In this document: piece after piece, positions 30,031-39,177 of the stretch
Numbering within the stretch: position 1 is the first letter of the stretch
Layout: the number at the start of each line of letters is the position of its first letter
NCBI GenBank assembly: GCA_938085105.1
Contig: CALKGK010000033.1
Coordinates: 53,076 to 117,075, forward strand
Direction of reading: 5' to 3'
DNA: 64,000 nt
Origin: an uncultured Flavobacteriales bacterium
GTDB lineage: Bacteria > Bacteroidota > Bacteroidia > Flavobacteriales_D > Sanyastnellaceae
Notes under the pieces: model-generated
What the model was told of the DNA's origin: nothing
Database searches by the model: none
What the model saw: only the letters and a program-made list of their open reading frames with translations
Program-made: the position numbers and the translations under genes

Positions 30031-31167
30031 ATGAAGCCACTCCGAATTGCCGTTAACACCCGTTTGCTCGTGCCCAACAAGCTCGAAGGTATTGGTCGCT
30101 TCACTCTGGAGATCCTGCGCCGAATGGTCCTTGATCACCCCGAAGTGGAATTTATTTTTTACTTCGATCGTCCTGTTCCCGAAGCGTTTATTCTGAGTGA
30201 GAATGTGACTGGGAAACACTTGTTCCCTCCGGCAAGACGCACCTATTTATTTGATTTTTGGTTCAATTGGAGCGTTTCGCATCAACTTAAAAAAGACAAC
30301 GTAGACTTGTTTTTGAGTCCAGATGGTTTCGTTTCACTTCGAACAGCTGTCAAGCAGCTCGCCGTCATCCACGATCTCAATTTCGAACATTTCCCAAAGC
30401 TGCTACCACAGAAAATTGCACAGTATTATCAATCCCGCTTCCCAAAGTTTGCGCAAAAAGCAAGTAGAATCGTAACCGTTTCGGAGTTCTCTAAAGAAGA
30501 CATTCAGGCGTGTTACAACATTGAGCCTGAAACCATCGATGTGGTGTACAACGGGGTGGATGATCGTTTCTACCCAAGAGAAAAGGAAGAAATTCAAAAG
30601 ATCCGAAGGGAGTATGCCGATGCCAACCCATACTTCATCTACGTTGGATCCATCAACCCAAGAAAAAACATCCTCCGTTTGCTTCAGGCCTTTGAAAATT
30701 TTCGTTCACAAGGCGGAAAGGCGAAACTAGTGCTCATTGGAGCGGCCATGTGGGATGGGAGCGAAGAGGAGAAGACCTTGAATGCAATGAGTTTTGGCAA
30801 AGAAGTCATTCAATTGGGCAGAATGAAACACGAAGAAATGAGTCGTTGTTTGGCGGGTGCTTTGGCAATGACATTCGTTCCACTTTTCGAAGGCTTTGGG
30901 ATCCCCGCAATTGAAAGTTTTGCTTCGGGTGTTCCGCTTTTATGTTCTAATAATTCAAGCTTGCCCGAAGTGGTTGGGGATGCTGCTCTTTTGGTGAACG
31001 CAGAAGATGTGAATGAAATAACAAAGGGAATGTTGCAATTGGAAGCAGATGGAAATCTACGTGCTGATTTGATTTCAAAAGGACTTGAAAGAGCGCGCAT
31101 GTTTACTTGGGAAAATGCTGCTGAAAAGCTTTGGGAATCGATTTTAAAGACCATAAACCATGCTTGA
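30031..31167 (+). CDS. Glycosyltransferase family 4 (GT-B, GT1/RfaB-like)
   Basis: [14 protein letters not shown]-terminus and E-x7-E region [37 protein letters not shown]. The track start at 30004 is TTG; the ATG is at 30031. Confidence 0.85.
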   Translation: MKPLRIAVNTRLLVPNKLEGIGRFTLEILRRMVLDHPEVEFIFYFDRPVPEAFILSENVTGKHLFPPARRTYLFDFWFNWSVSHQLKKDNVDLFLSPDGFVSLRTAVKQLAVIHDLNFEHFPKLLPQKIAQYYQSRFPKFAQKASRIVTVSEFSKEDIQACYNIEPETIDVVYNGVDDRFYPREKEEIQKIRREYADANPYFIYVGSINPRKNILRLLQAFENFRSQGGKAKLVLIGAAMWDGSEEEKTLNAMSFGKEVIQLGRMKHEEMSRCLAGALAMTFVPLFEGFGIPAIESFASGVPLLCSNNSSLPEVVGDAALLVNAEDVNEITKGMLQLEADGNLRADLISKGLERARMFTWENAAEKLWESILKTINHA

Positions 31168-31759
31168 TTTTTGTTTGTTGGAAGGAAGACTTGAAGCTGG
31201 ATGTGATGAAGCGGGAAGGGGTTGTCTTGCCGGACCTGTAGTCGCTGCTGCAGTCATTTTAGATGAGAACAATAAAATCGCGGCCTTAAACGATTCAAAA
31301 CAGCTCACCGAAAAAAAGCGAAGTGCATTGAGGCTAGAAATTGAAGCAAAGGCCTTGGCTTGGGCGGTAGTGGCTGTTTCGCCGGAGGAAATTGACGAGA
31401 TCAATATCTTGAATGCCTCTTTTACGGCCATGAAAAGAGCCGTGGATCAACTTAAAGTGCAGCCAGAGCATCTTTTGATCGATGGCAATCGTTTCAACGC
31501 CCATGAAGTAATAGAGCATACATGCATTATCAAGGGAGATGCGAAGTTTCAATCCATAGCGGCAGCCTCAATCTTGGCTAAAACACATCGCGACGAACTG
31601 ATGCTTCAATTATCAGAAGCTTACCCAAATTACCATTGGGAAAAGAACAAAGGGTATCCTACAAAGGCCCATCGTGAAGCAATCCGAAAAGTGGGGGTTT
31701 CTCCTCATCACCGACGATCTTTCAAGCAATTACCAGAACAATTGAACCTGTTTGATTGA
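31160..31759 (+). CDS. rnhB: Ribonuclease HII
   Basis: 199 aa with [16 protein letters not shown] (DEAGRG catalytic motif) and DSKQL. It overlaps the GT4 stop by 8 nt. Confidence 0.9.
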   Translation: MLDFCLLEGRLEAGCDEAGRGCLAGPVVAAAVILDENNKIAALNDSKQLTEKKRSALRLEIEAKALAWAVVAVSPEEIDEINILNASFTAMKRAVDQLKVQPEHLLIDGNRFNAHEVIEHTCIIKGDAKFQSIAAASILAKTHRDELMLQLSEAYPNYHWEKNKGYPTKAHREAIRKVGVSPHHRRSFKQLPEQLNLFD

Positions 31760-31865
31760 GGATGGAATAGGGGTTAAATATGCGTCCTCACTCGAAGCAT
31801 GTCAGTCCAGTTAAGCATAACATTAAGCTAATATTGTAAAGGGGGGTTAGTTGCAAAAAGGATAG

Positions 31866-31873
31866 TAGTTTTG
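31866..31873 (+). promoter_or_regulatory. -7 box (TAGTTTTG) upstream of the 968-aa secreted-protein gene
   Basis: A TAnnTTTG match 56 nt upstream of the ATG at 31930. Confidence 0.4.
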
Positions 31874-31929
31874 CATGAAGTTATAGCCAAAAAAACGGCA
31901 AACAACGCATTAACCAAAATTCAACTTTT

Positions 31930-34836
31930 ATGAAATTATCAAACGTACTAGCGCTCTATGTCCTAGCCATGGGCTTGTTCGCAGTAAATTTTGAGGCAGG
32001 GGCACAGATTTGGTCCGAAAGCTTCGAAACAGATGGAGAAGGAACGAACTATGTTTCTTCATTCGCCTTTAACGATGGAACTAGTGATCACTTTGGAAGA
32101 ACTGATGGAACTAATGTTTCTGGTGCTTACAGTGGTTTTGATGGCACTTTCTTTTGGGCTGCTGAGGATTGGGATGACAATGGTGGAGACTTACTAACCG
32201 TGAAAACACTTACCTTCTCTGCAGTAGACATCACAGGTCTTTCAGACTTGCAGTTCAGCGGTTTGTTTGCCACTGAGCTTGTGGCCGGAGGCTGGGATTC
32301 AAACGATACCCTTCGTGTAGAGTATGCAGTAGACGGCGGTGCATGGACTACCTTGTTGACAACAGCTGCTCCAACTGGTGCTTCTGGAGCGAACATCGGT
32401 ATGTGGATGGATATGGACGACGATAATGTGGGTGACGTAGAAATCACTCCCGCTTTCCAAAGCCTCACCAAGTCGTTCACAGTTTCTGGAACTTCTTTGG
32501 TCATTAGAGCTTATGCAGATTCTCCTTCTGTTTCTGGAAGTGAATCTTTCGCTTTTGACTTCTTCGCAGTAAGCAACGTTGCAGGTGCGATCCCAGGTTG
32601 TACTGACCCAACGGCTGACAACTACGATGCTGCAGCTACTTTGGATGATGGTTCTTGCATCATATCTGGTTGTACGAATGATACTGCCGATAACTATAAC
32701 CCAAATGCAAACACCGATGATGGTTCTTGCATTATTCAAGGTTGTACCGATGATACTGCATTGAACTACAACGCCGATGCTACAAATGACGACGGCTCTT
32801 GTGTGTTCACAGTTCCTGCAATTGTTTTCAATGAGCTTCATTATAACCCTTGTACCGATCAAGGTGGGGATAACCTCTATGAGTTTATCGAGCTTTTCAA
32901 TAACGACGTGAATGCCGTTGACCTCTCAGGTTGGTCCATCGATGGGGTAGATTTCATTTTCCCAGCGATGTCTTCTATCGCTGCAGGAGAATACATTATC
33001 GTTGCTGCAACAGCTGCAACTTACGATGGAAATGGATACCAAGTATTCCAAGTAAGCGGTGGTGCTTTCGGAAACGGAGGAGAGCCAGTGAGTCTTTTGA
33101 ACGATGCAGGAATTGTAGTAGATGCTTTCATTTACGATACTGGTGTAAACTTCCCTAATGCTAACGGTAACTGTTCATCTTTGGAGTTGATTGATGTAAA
33201 CACAGACAATGCCATTGGTAGCAACTGGCAAGCTTCTTTCGAATTGAACGGAACTCCTGGAGCTGCGAACTCAACGGTTCCTCCCTTCACAGAGTACACT
33301 ATTTCTGAACTTCAGTCAGAGCTTTACACCAATGAAGGTGTTGCAACCAGCGGTGTTGTAACAGCAGTTTACGGTGGTTCTAACTTGTTTACCATGCAAG
33401 ATGGTACCGGTGCCAACTCAGGAATTTGGGTGAACGGCGCTGGAGTAGCTATCGGTGATGAAGTTGAGGTAGAAGGTGTTGTACTTGAAACCAATGGACT
33501 TACACAGATCAATGCTGAAAATATTGCTGTACTCACTTCTGGAAATGCTTTGCCAGCAGTTGAAGTATTGTCAACTTTTGACGCAAGCGCTGAGCAATGG
33601 GAGGGTGTTCTCTTGCAAGTGACTGGTACTGTTGGTGTAGGAGCTGGCGATCTTGGATTCGGAGAGTGGTCGCTCGACGATTCTTCAGGAGCGGTTCTTG
33701 TTGATGACCTCGGAGTGGTTCTAACCCCAGTAGATGAAGGCATTACCTTCCGCGTTACTGCTCCTTTGTATTACTCTTTTGGTAATTACAAACTTACACC
33801 AAGAAATGCTGGAGATGTTGAACGTTTCGGTTGTACCGATAACACATTCCCTAACTTCGATCCGCTTGCAACCATTGATGATGGTTCTTGTGCGAACATC
33901 CCTGGATGTACGAACCCTGCGGCTACCAACTTTGATCCTGCTGCTACAGCAGATGACGGATCTTGTATCGTAGAAGGTTGTACCGATGATACTGCTTTGA
34001 ACTACGATGCAACAGCAACTACTGACGACGGTTCTTGCTACTTTACTGAGCCTTTGATCGTTATCAATGAGATCCACTACAACCCATGTTTTGCGCAAGG
34101 TGATGACGGTGACTTCGAATTCTTCGAGCTTTACAATGCTGAAGCTACAAGCATCGATTTGTCTGGTTTCACAGTAACTGGTGGACCAAACATGACCTTC
34201 CCTGAAGGTGCATCAATCGCTGCTGGAGAGTACATCTTACTTGCGATGAACCCTGGTTCTTACACTGGAAACGGATACCAAGTATTCGAGTTGTTCGGAG
34301 CTCTTGGTAACGGAGGTACAGATATCAACCTTACCGATGCCTTTGGAAACTTGATCGATCAAGTGGTTTATGACGATGCTAACGGATGGCCTACCATGGC
34401 TGACGGAAACTGTCCTTCACTCGAATTGATCGATGCTTCGTCTGACAATAGTGTTGCAGCGAGCTGGCAAGATTCTTACGTAGATAATGGTACTCCAGGT
34501 GCTGCCAACAGTACTCCTCCTGCAGGATGTACAGATCCACTCGCATCTAACTACGATGCTACTGCTTTGGTTGACGATGGTAGCTGTGAATATGCTGGTT
34601 GTACCAATCCAGATGCATTGAACTACGATGTTAACGCAACCACAGACGATGGTTCTTGCGAACTCCTCGGTTGTACTTACGAGGTGGCGTCCAACTACGA
34701 TGCTATCGCTACTGTAGACGATGGTTCTTGTACTTTCAACATCAACCCATGTCCGGCTGACTTTAATCAAGACGGTTTTGTGAATGCTTCCGATCTTCTT
34801 CTTTTCTTGGGAGACTTTGGTTCTCCTTGTGATTAA
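31930..34836 (+). CDS. Mosaic secreted protein: N-terminal beta-sandwich-like domain, 3x3 Cys-bracketed modules, two lamin-tail (LTD) domains, ExeM/NucH-type OB-like region, dockerin-like tail
   Basis: 968 aa with signal peptide MKLSNVLALYVLAMGLFAVNFEAGAQ. LTD signatures FNELHYNP...NGTPGAANS (aa ~295-448) and INEIHYNP...NGTPGAANS (aa ~708-862). aa ~455-625, TISELQS...GVVTAVYGGSNLFTMQDGTGANSGIWV...GDEVEVEGVVLETNGLTQI, resembles the N-terminal region of ExeM/NucH nucleases. C-terminus is CPADFNQDGFVNASDLLLFLGDFGSPCD. Confidence 0.7.
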   Translation: MKLSNVLALYVLAMGLFAVNFEAGAQIWSESFETDGEGTNYVSSFAFNDGTSDHFGRTDGTNVSGAYSGFDGTFFWAAEDWDDNGGDLLTVKTLTFSAVDITGLSDLQFSGLFATELVAGGWDSNDTLRVEYAVDGGAWTTLLTTAAPTGASGANIGMWMDMDDDNVGDVEITPAFQSLTKSFTVSGTSLVIRAYADSPSVSGSESFAFDFFAVSNVAGAIPGCTDPTADNYDAAATLDDGSCIISGCTNDTADNYNPNANTDDGSCIIQGCTDDTALNYNADATNDDGSCVFTVPAIVFNELHYNPCTDQGGDNLYEFIELFNNDVNAVDLSGWSIDGVDFIFPAMSSIAAGEYIIVAATAATYDGNGYQVFQVSGGAFGNGGEPVSLLNDAGIVVDAFIYDTGVNFPNANGNCSSLELIDVNTDNAIGSNWQASFELNGTPGAANSTVPPFTEYTISELQSELYTNEGVATSGVVTAVYGGSNLFTMQDGTGANSGIWVNGAGVAIGDEVEVEGVVLETNGLTQINAENIAVLTSGNALPAVEVLSTFDASAEQWEGVLLQVTGTVGVGAGDLGFGEWSLDDSSGAVLVDDLGVVLTPVDEGITFRVTAPLYYSFGNYKLTPRNAGDVERFGCTDNTFPNFDPLATIDDGSCANIPGCTNPAATNFDPAATADDGSCIVEGCTDDTALNYDATATTDDGSCYFTEPLIVINEIHYNPCFAQGDDGDFEFFELYNAEATSIDLSGFTVTGGPNMTFPEGASIAAGEYILLAMNPGSYTGNGYQVFELFGALGNGGTDINLTDAFGNLIDQVVYDDANGWPTMADGNCPSLELIDASSDNSVAASWQDSYVDNGTPGAANSTPPAGCTDPLASNYDATALVDDGSCEYAGCTNPDALNYDVNATTDDGSCELLGCTYEVASNYDAIATVDDGSCTFNINPCPADFNQDGFVNASDLLLFLGDFGSPCD
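32599..32802 (+). repeat. Triplet 1 of 20-aa C-x18-C modules (consensus CTDxxAxNYDxxATxDDGSC)
   Basis: aa 224-291: CTDPTADNYDAAATLDDGSC, CTNDTADNYNPNANTDDGSC and CTDDTALNYNADATNDDGSC, with 4-aa linkers IISG and IIQG. Confidence 0.9.
33832..34038 (+). repeat. Triplet 2 of C-x18-C modules
   Basis: aa 635-703: CTDNTFPNFDPLATIDDGSC, CTNPAATNFDPAATADDGSC and CTDDTALNYDATATTDDGSC. The third module and the following LTD start are also similar to triplet 1 at the nucleotide level (ggttgtaccgatgatactgc.ttgaactac...). Confidence 0.9.
34528..34731 (+). repeat. Triplet 3 of C-x18-C modules
   Basis: aa 867-934: CTDPLASNYDATALVDDGSC, CTNPDALNYDVNATTDDGSC and CTYEVASNYDAIATVDDGSC, followed by the dockerin-like tail. 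Confidence 0.9.
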
Positions 34837-34854
34837 TAAGACGATGGTTTTAAA

Positions 34855-34888
34855 ACAAAAAAGCGGAGGGTTACCTCCGCTTTTTTTA
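34855..34888. terminator. Bidirectional rho-independent terminator between convergent genes
   Basis: A-run, GCGGAGG (34863-34869), loop GTTA, CCTCCGC (34874-34880), then T7 run (34881-34887). Confidence 0.85.
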
Positions 34889-34906
34889 TTTCAATGTTTT
34901 TTGTCT

Positions 34907-35368
34907 TTATGGGTAGTGTCTGGCTTCCATTACTTCAGCCATCTCGTTGAATAGTGTCCAGTAACCCATGGGCTGGCCAATGTCGTAGAAGATCTCTAGT
35001 CGGCAAGTACCTTGTTCATCAAATACAAGCCAACGACCGTCCTTGACTCCTTCTTCAAATTTACCCTGAGCTTCAATATTCCCTTTTTGATTGTAAGAAG
35101 TCCAAGTGCCATGCTTCTCGTTGTTCAAATAGTGCCCCGTTTCACGAATTCCTCCGCCTTCAAAGTAGAAAACGACCTGCTCATTCAATAAACCGTTTTC
35201 AAATTGGTAGCGAGCAGCCAAATTCCCATTGTGGAAATAAACCAATTTCTCACCACTGAACTCAACAGAGTCAGTAGTGCAGACCTTTCCATTAACCTCA
35301 ATTAAATCTTGAGCGTGAATCGAAACTGCGACCAATAATCCAAAACCTGCGATAAGTATCTTAAACAT
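34907..35368 (-). CDS. Secreted MORN-repeat-variant protein (YwqK-like family)
   Basis: 153 aa with signal peptide MFKILIAGFGLLVAVSIHAQ and repeated G-x-W / NG-x motifs (EKHGTWTSYNQKGNIEAQGKFEEGVKDGRWLVFDEQG). Confidence 0.6.
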   Translation of the reverse strand: MFKILIAGFGLLVAVSIHAQDLIEVNGKVCTTDSVEFSGEKLVYFHNGNLAARYQFENGLLNEQVVFYFEGGGIRETGHYLNNEKHGTWTSYNQKGNIEAQGKFEEGVKDGRWLVFDEQGTCRLEIFYDIGQPMGYWTLFNEMAEVMEARHYP

Positions 35369-35377
35369 TACGGTAAA

Positions 35378-35541
35378 GTTAAGTAAATGTTAAGAGTATT
35401 GCAAGTCGAGGTCTTGATTTGTTCTTAAGTGATTGATTTTGTTGCCTTTGCAGTTTTAAGCAAATGTTAAGGAGTAGGGATTTTGTTGTCTTTTATGTGA
35501 GCTCGGTAACCTCTTCTTTGTCTTGTTAAGCGCATGTTAAT
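35378..35541. promoter_or_regulatory. Three dyads of 11-bp-phased direct hexamers (GTTAAG-N5-GTTAAG), candidate response-regulator operator
   Basis: GTTAAGtaaatGTTAAG at 35378-35394, tTTAAGcaaatGTTAAG at 35455-35471, and GTTAAGcgcatGTTAAt at 35525-35541. Dyads are spaced 77 and 70 bp apart. The last dyad ends 44 nt upstream of the -7 box of the NaPi/PhoU gene. Confidence 0.3.
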
Positions 35542-35584
35542 AATAAATTAAACCAGGGAAGGGGTCTCTGCCAAAGCAAGAGAG

Positions 35585-35592
35585 TACATTTG
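35585..35592 (+). promoter_or_regulatory. -7 box (TACATTTG) for the NaPi/PhoU transporter gene
   Basis: A TAnnTTTG match 19 nt upstream of the ATG at 35612. Confidence 0.45.
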
Positions 35593-35611
35593 CGCCATAT
35601 TTACACTAGCG

Positions 35612-37315
35612 ATGAACTACGATTTTTTTGATGTTTTGAAGTTGATTGGAGCCCTCGGGCTTTTCATCTTCGGTATGAAAGTAATGAGTGAAGGAATTCA
35701 GCGTGTTGCCGGATCAAAACTTCGACAAATCTTGGGGGCCATGACTTCCAACCGAGTGAAAGGGGTATTCACCGGATTTTCCACCACAGCAATCATTCAA
35801 AGTTCATCGGCAACAACTGTTATGGTGGTGAGTTTTGTGAATGCTGGTTTGCTCAAGCTCAGAGAAGCGATTGGTGTTATCATGGGAGCGAACATTGGTA
35901 CAACGGTTACCGCTTGGCTCATCGCTATTTTTGCCTTTGGGAAATTCAAGATTGCGGCCATTGCTCTGCCCATCATTGCGATTGCCTTTCCAATGCTCTT
36001 TGTCAAGAGAGAAAGGTTTAAGAACGTAGCAGAAGTGCTGATTGGTTTCGCCATTCTCTTCATGGGCTTGGAGGCTTTGAAGGATTCCGTTCCAGATCTT
36101 CAAGGAAATGCAGATGCACTTTCTTTTTTGAGTGGGTGGACCAATTTGGGGATCGGTACAACCATCATTTTTGTGATTGTTGGTACTTTCATTACACTCA
36201 TCGTGCAATCGTCTTCTGCGGCCATGGCTTTGACGCTAACACTACTATCTAAGGATATCATCACCCTCGATATTGCTGCGGCAATGGTACTGGGAGAGAA
36301 TATTGGTACTACCATTACAGCAAACCTGGCGGCAATGATCGCTAACGTCCATGCCAAAAGAGCTGCCCGTGCTCACCTGATTTTTAATGTCTTTGGTGTA
36401 GTTTGGATGATTATCGTATTCAAGCCTTTCTTAGGGATGATTGAGTACATCTACGAACCTTTCCAAAATTGGGTAACTTCCATTAATCCGAACCTCGGAA
36501 AAGGTGAAAATGAACTCATGCTCTCCTTGTTCCATACTTCGTTTAACATCATCAATACCCTGCTTCTAGTATGGTTCGTTGACTTTATCGCAAGAACAGT
36601 GGTGAAACTCGTTCCTTCAAAAGGTGGGGAGGACGATGAATTTAGCCTTGAGTATATCGGTGGTGGTGTTATGGGTACGCCTGAACTTTCGTTGCTTGAA
36701 GCTTACAAGGAGGTGTCCAAATTTGGACAAATCACTTCAAGAATGAACAACCAAGTGAACAAATTACTGGAGTCTACAGATCCTAAAAAGCGGCAAAAGC
36801 TGGTTGAGAAAGTGGGCAAGTATGAGGAAATCACAGATAATTTTGAAATTGAGATTGCCAATTACCTCACGGAGCTTTCCAAGGAGGAAATGTCGCCTAG
36901 CACCAGTGCTAGAGTGAGAGGCTTGCTCAGTATTACCGATGATTTGGAGAAGATTGGTGACTTGTACTACCAAATCACCATGAACCTCGAAAGCAAGAAC
37001 AACAAGAAGGTGTACTTCGTCCCAAAGCAAAGAGAGAGCTTAAAAGAGATGTTCGTGCTCGTGGAAGATGCTTTTGAAGTGATGAAGAAAAATTTGGATA
37101 CGCCTCGCGGACAAGTTACCATTGCTGAAGCAGAGATGGCCGAAGATAAGATCAACGAGTTGAGAAACGAGATGAGAAGTCGCCACTTGAAAGATGTAGA
37201 GAAAAGCAAATACAGTGTGGCCTCAGGAATGGTGTACAACGATGTATTTATCGCACTTGAAAAAATCGGCGATCACATCTTTGCAGTAAGCGAAGGGATC
37301 ATTGGTCGAATCTAA
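35612..37315 (+). CDS. Na+/phosphate cotransporter family protein with C-terminal PhoU-like domain
   Basis: 567 aa with duplicated NaPi-II motifs (SSSATTVMVVSF...GANIGTTVTAW and SSSAAMALTL...GENIGTTITAN) and a C-terminal helical PhoU-type repeat (ITDDLEKIGDLYYQI, ALEKIGDHIFAVSE). Confidence 0.85.
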   Translation: MNYDFFDVLKLIGALGLFIFGMKVMSEGIQRVAGSKLRQILGAMTSNRVKGVFTGFSTTAIIQSSSATTVMVVSFVNAGLLKLREAIGVIMGANIGTTVTAWLIAIFAFGKFKIAAIALPIIAIAFPMLFVKRERFKNVAEVLIGFAILFMGLEALKDSVPDLQGNADALSFLSGWTNLGIGTTIIFVIVGTFITLIVQSSSAAMALTLTLLSKDIITLDIAAAMVLGENIGTTITANLAAMIANVHAKRAARAHLIFNVFGVVWMIIVFKPFLGMIEYIYEPFQNWVTSINPNLGKGENELMLSLFHTSFNIINTLLLVWFVDFIARTVVKLVPSKGGEDDEFSLEYIGGGVMGTPELSLLEAYKEVSKFGQITSRMNNQVNKLLESTDPKKRQKLVEKVGKYEEITDNFEIEIANYLTELSKEEMSPSTSARVRGLLSITDDLEKIGDLYYQITMNLESKNNKKVYFVPKQRESLKEMFVLVEDAFEVMKKNLDTPRGQVTIAEAEMAEDKINELRNEMRSRHLKDVEKSKYSVASGMVYNDVFIALEKIGDHIFAVSEGIIGRI

Positions 37316-37331
37316 GCTTCCTTTTTTTGAC

Positions 37332-37835
37332 TTAATTGTTTTTGAGAAAGATGGTCGAGCGAACGATGTTGCTTTCATTCAAAGCGCGATCAAAGAGCTG
37401 AATTTCGAAACGACAAGTATCAAAGCCAGTCCCCAATAAATAATGACTGGGCATGTCAATCTTGATTTCTCCATTCAAAGCGGGGTTTTGACCTTCAGGT
37501 GTAGCGTAAGGTAATCGGTAGTAAAAAGGAATCTGTCCCAGGGCAGGATCCAAAGGATAGTGCACCCATTCTCCATTCTGCAACTCATAGTACTCACAGA
37601 AAAGGTTGTAGTAAAATCGGCAGGTGTCTGGACAATTAATACCTAGGGTATCTCCTTGCTCCAATCCAATGTTTCCGTCACCATCCGTAAAGTTGATGCG
37701 CATCACGGCTTGGTTTCCCGTTTGAATAATCGATTCAAAAGAAATCACGGGTTCCGGTGGATATTGAGCCTCGGGCAAACAAGAACTCAAAAGCGAAAGG
37801 GCAAAAAAGAAATACAGTATTTTTCTCATGTCCAT
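37332..37835 (-). CDS. Hypothetical lipoprotein
   Basis: Lipobox FFALSLLSSC after MDMRKILYFF; Cys-rich mature part; no recognisable domain. The track start at 37847 is TTG; ATGs are at 37835 and 37829. Confidence 0.5.
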   Translation of the reverse strand: MDMRKILYFFFALSLLSSCLPEAQYPPEPVISFESIIQTGNQAVMRINFTDGDGNIGLEQGDTLGINCPDTCRFYYNLFCEYYELQNGEWVHYPLDPALGQIPFYYRLPYATPEGQNPALNGEIKIDMPSHYLLGTGFDTCRFEIQLFDRALNESNIVRSTIFLKNN

Positions 37836-37855
37836 CAAATCTAACAATTAACACA

Positions 37856-37863
37856 TAATTTTG
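37856..37863 (+). promoter_or_regulatory. -7 box (TAATTTTG)
   Basis: A TAnnTTTG match 14 nt upstream of the ATG at 37878. Confidence 0.4.
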
Positions 37864-37877
37864 ACCCAAAGTTCAGG

Positions 37878-38876
37878 ATGTCCTTCGCAAAAAAAGATCA
37901 TATATTTCATTTAAAGAACGAACAAGCCTTCAATGAAATTGCATTGGAGCTATTTCATTACCAGGTGCGTAACAACCCGGTGTATGCGAGTTATGTGCGT
38001 TTGCTGGGTAGAGATCTTGATTTGATCGATAGCATAGACAAAATACCTTTCCTCCCCATTTCCCTCTTCAAATCGCACGAGGTTTACACTACTTCCAACC
38101 GAAAAGCAGCCATCTTCACTAGCAGTACGACAACAGGAGGAACACCAAGCCAGCATTTCGTGGACGATTTAAAATGGTATGAGCGGGTTTATAAAACGGC
38201 TTTTGATCACTTCTACCCCGAATTAAAGCACGCTTCGGTTTTCGCGCTCTTGCCTTCTTATTTGGAGCGAACAGGGTCTTCTTTGGTGGTGATGGCAAAG
38301 GGGCTGATGGAGCAAAACGCAAAGACCAATGGAGGTTTTTTTCTCGATGATTTCCAAAATTTAAAAGATCACCTCAAGCAATGCGCAAAAGAAAAAACAC
38401 CCGCTCTTTTGATTGGAGTGACTTTTGCTTTGCTCGATTTTGCTGAGGATCATGCCTTCGACTTGTCCAAAGCTCCCATCGTAATGATGGAAACAGGAGG
38501 GATGAAAGGAAGAAGAAAAGAGCTTCTCCGTGAAGAGGTCCATCGTCAACTGAAAGAAGCTTTTCACTTGGGTGAGATTCACAGCGAATACGGAATGACA
38601 GAGTTGCTCTCTCAGGCGTACAGCAAAGAAAAAGGTGTGTTTGAATGTCCACCCTGGATGAAGGTATTGGTGCGTTCAAGTTCAGATCCTTTTGATCTTG
38701 TTCAGGAGGGGAGGAGTGGTGGACTCAATGTCATCGACCTAGCAAATACCGAGAGTTGCGCTTTCATCGAAACAGCTGATTTAGGTAGGAAAACCGGAGC
38801 AGGTACTTTTGAAGTACTGGGGAGGTTTGACCACGCAGAAGTTCGAGGATGTAATCTAATGGTTGCAAACCTGTAA
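37878..38876 (+). CDS. LuxE/PaaK-like acyl-adenylate-forming (acyl-protein synthetase family) protein
   Basis: 332 aa. N-terminus ...FNEIALELFHYQVRNNPVYASYVRLLG...IPFLPISLFKSHEV, SSTTTGGTPSQH and METGGMKGRRKE are typical of the flavobacterial LuxE-like acyltransferase family. Family-level call only. Confidence 0.55.
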   Translation: MSFAKKDHIFHLKNEQAFNEIALELFHYQVRNNPVYASYVRLLGRDLDLIDSIDKIPFLPISLFKSHEVYTTSNRKAAIFTSSTTTGGTPSQHFVDDLKWYERVYKTAFDHFYPELKHASVFALLPSYLERTGSSLVVMAKGLMEQNAKTNGGFFLDDFQNLKDHLKQCAKEKTPALLIGVTFALLDFAEDHAFDLSKAPIVMMETGGMKGRRKELLREEVHRQLKEAFHLGEIHSEYGMTELLSQAYSKEKGVFECPPWMKVLVRSSSDPFDLVQEGRSGGLNVIDLANTESCAFIETADLGRKTGAGTFEVLGRFDHAEVRGCNLMVANL

Positions 38877-39145
38877 AGGCGCAAAGCACATCTCCATGTA
38901 GGTGTTTTCACCAGTCCAAAATAAAATGAAAAAAGTCGTTCGAGAGCAGCAACCCTTTTACATGTTTACTCGTCTTATGATTGAGCAAGACGAGGTCTTT
39001 TGCGAAGGACATGCGAACTCGACTTGTTATTGTTATAAAAAAATGCCCGCATGAACTTTCATTTTTAAGAAATGTGGTGCCTTTAAACATACTTGGTTGG
39101 TCCTAAACTACAACCAGCCAACATTTGTGATTTCCTAAACAAATG

Positions 39146-39177
39146 AAAAAGTCCTGAAACGTCAGGACTTTTTTTTT
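39146..39177. terminator. Bidirectional rho-independent terminator (serves tyrS on the minus strand)
   Basis: A5, AGTCCTGA (39150-39157), loop AACG, TCAGGACT (39162-39169), then T9 run to 39177. Confidence 0.8.

Noticed and set aside
34907-35368. A MORN-variant/YwqK-like protein, often auto-annotated as a toxin-antitoxin 'antitoxin'.
   Set aside because: It has a signal peptide and no adjacent toxin gene. It is flanked by a terminator and a divergent promoter region, so a TA system is not supported.
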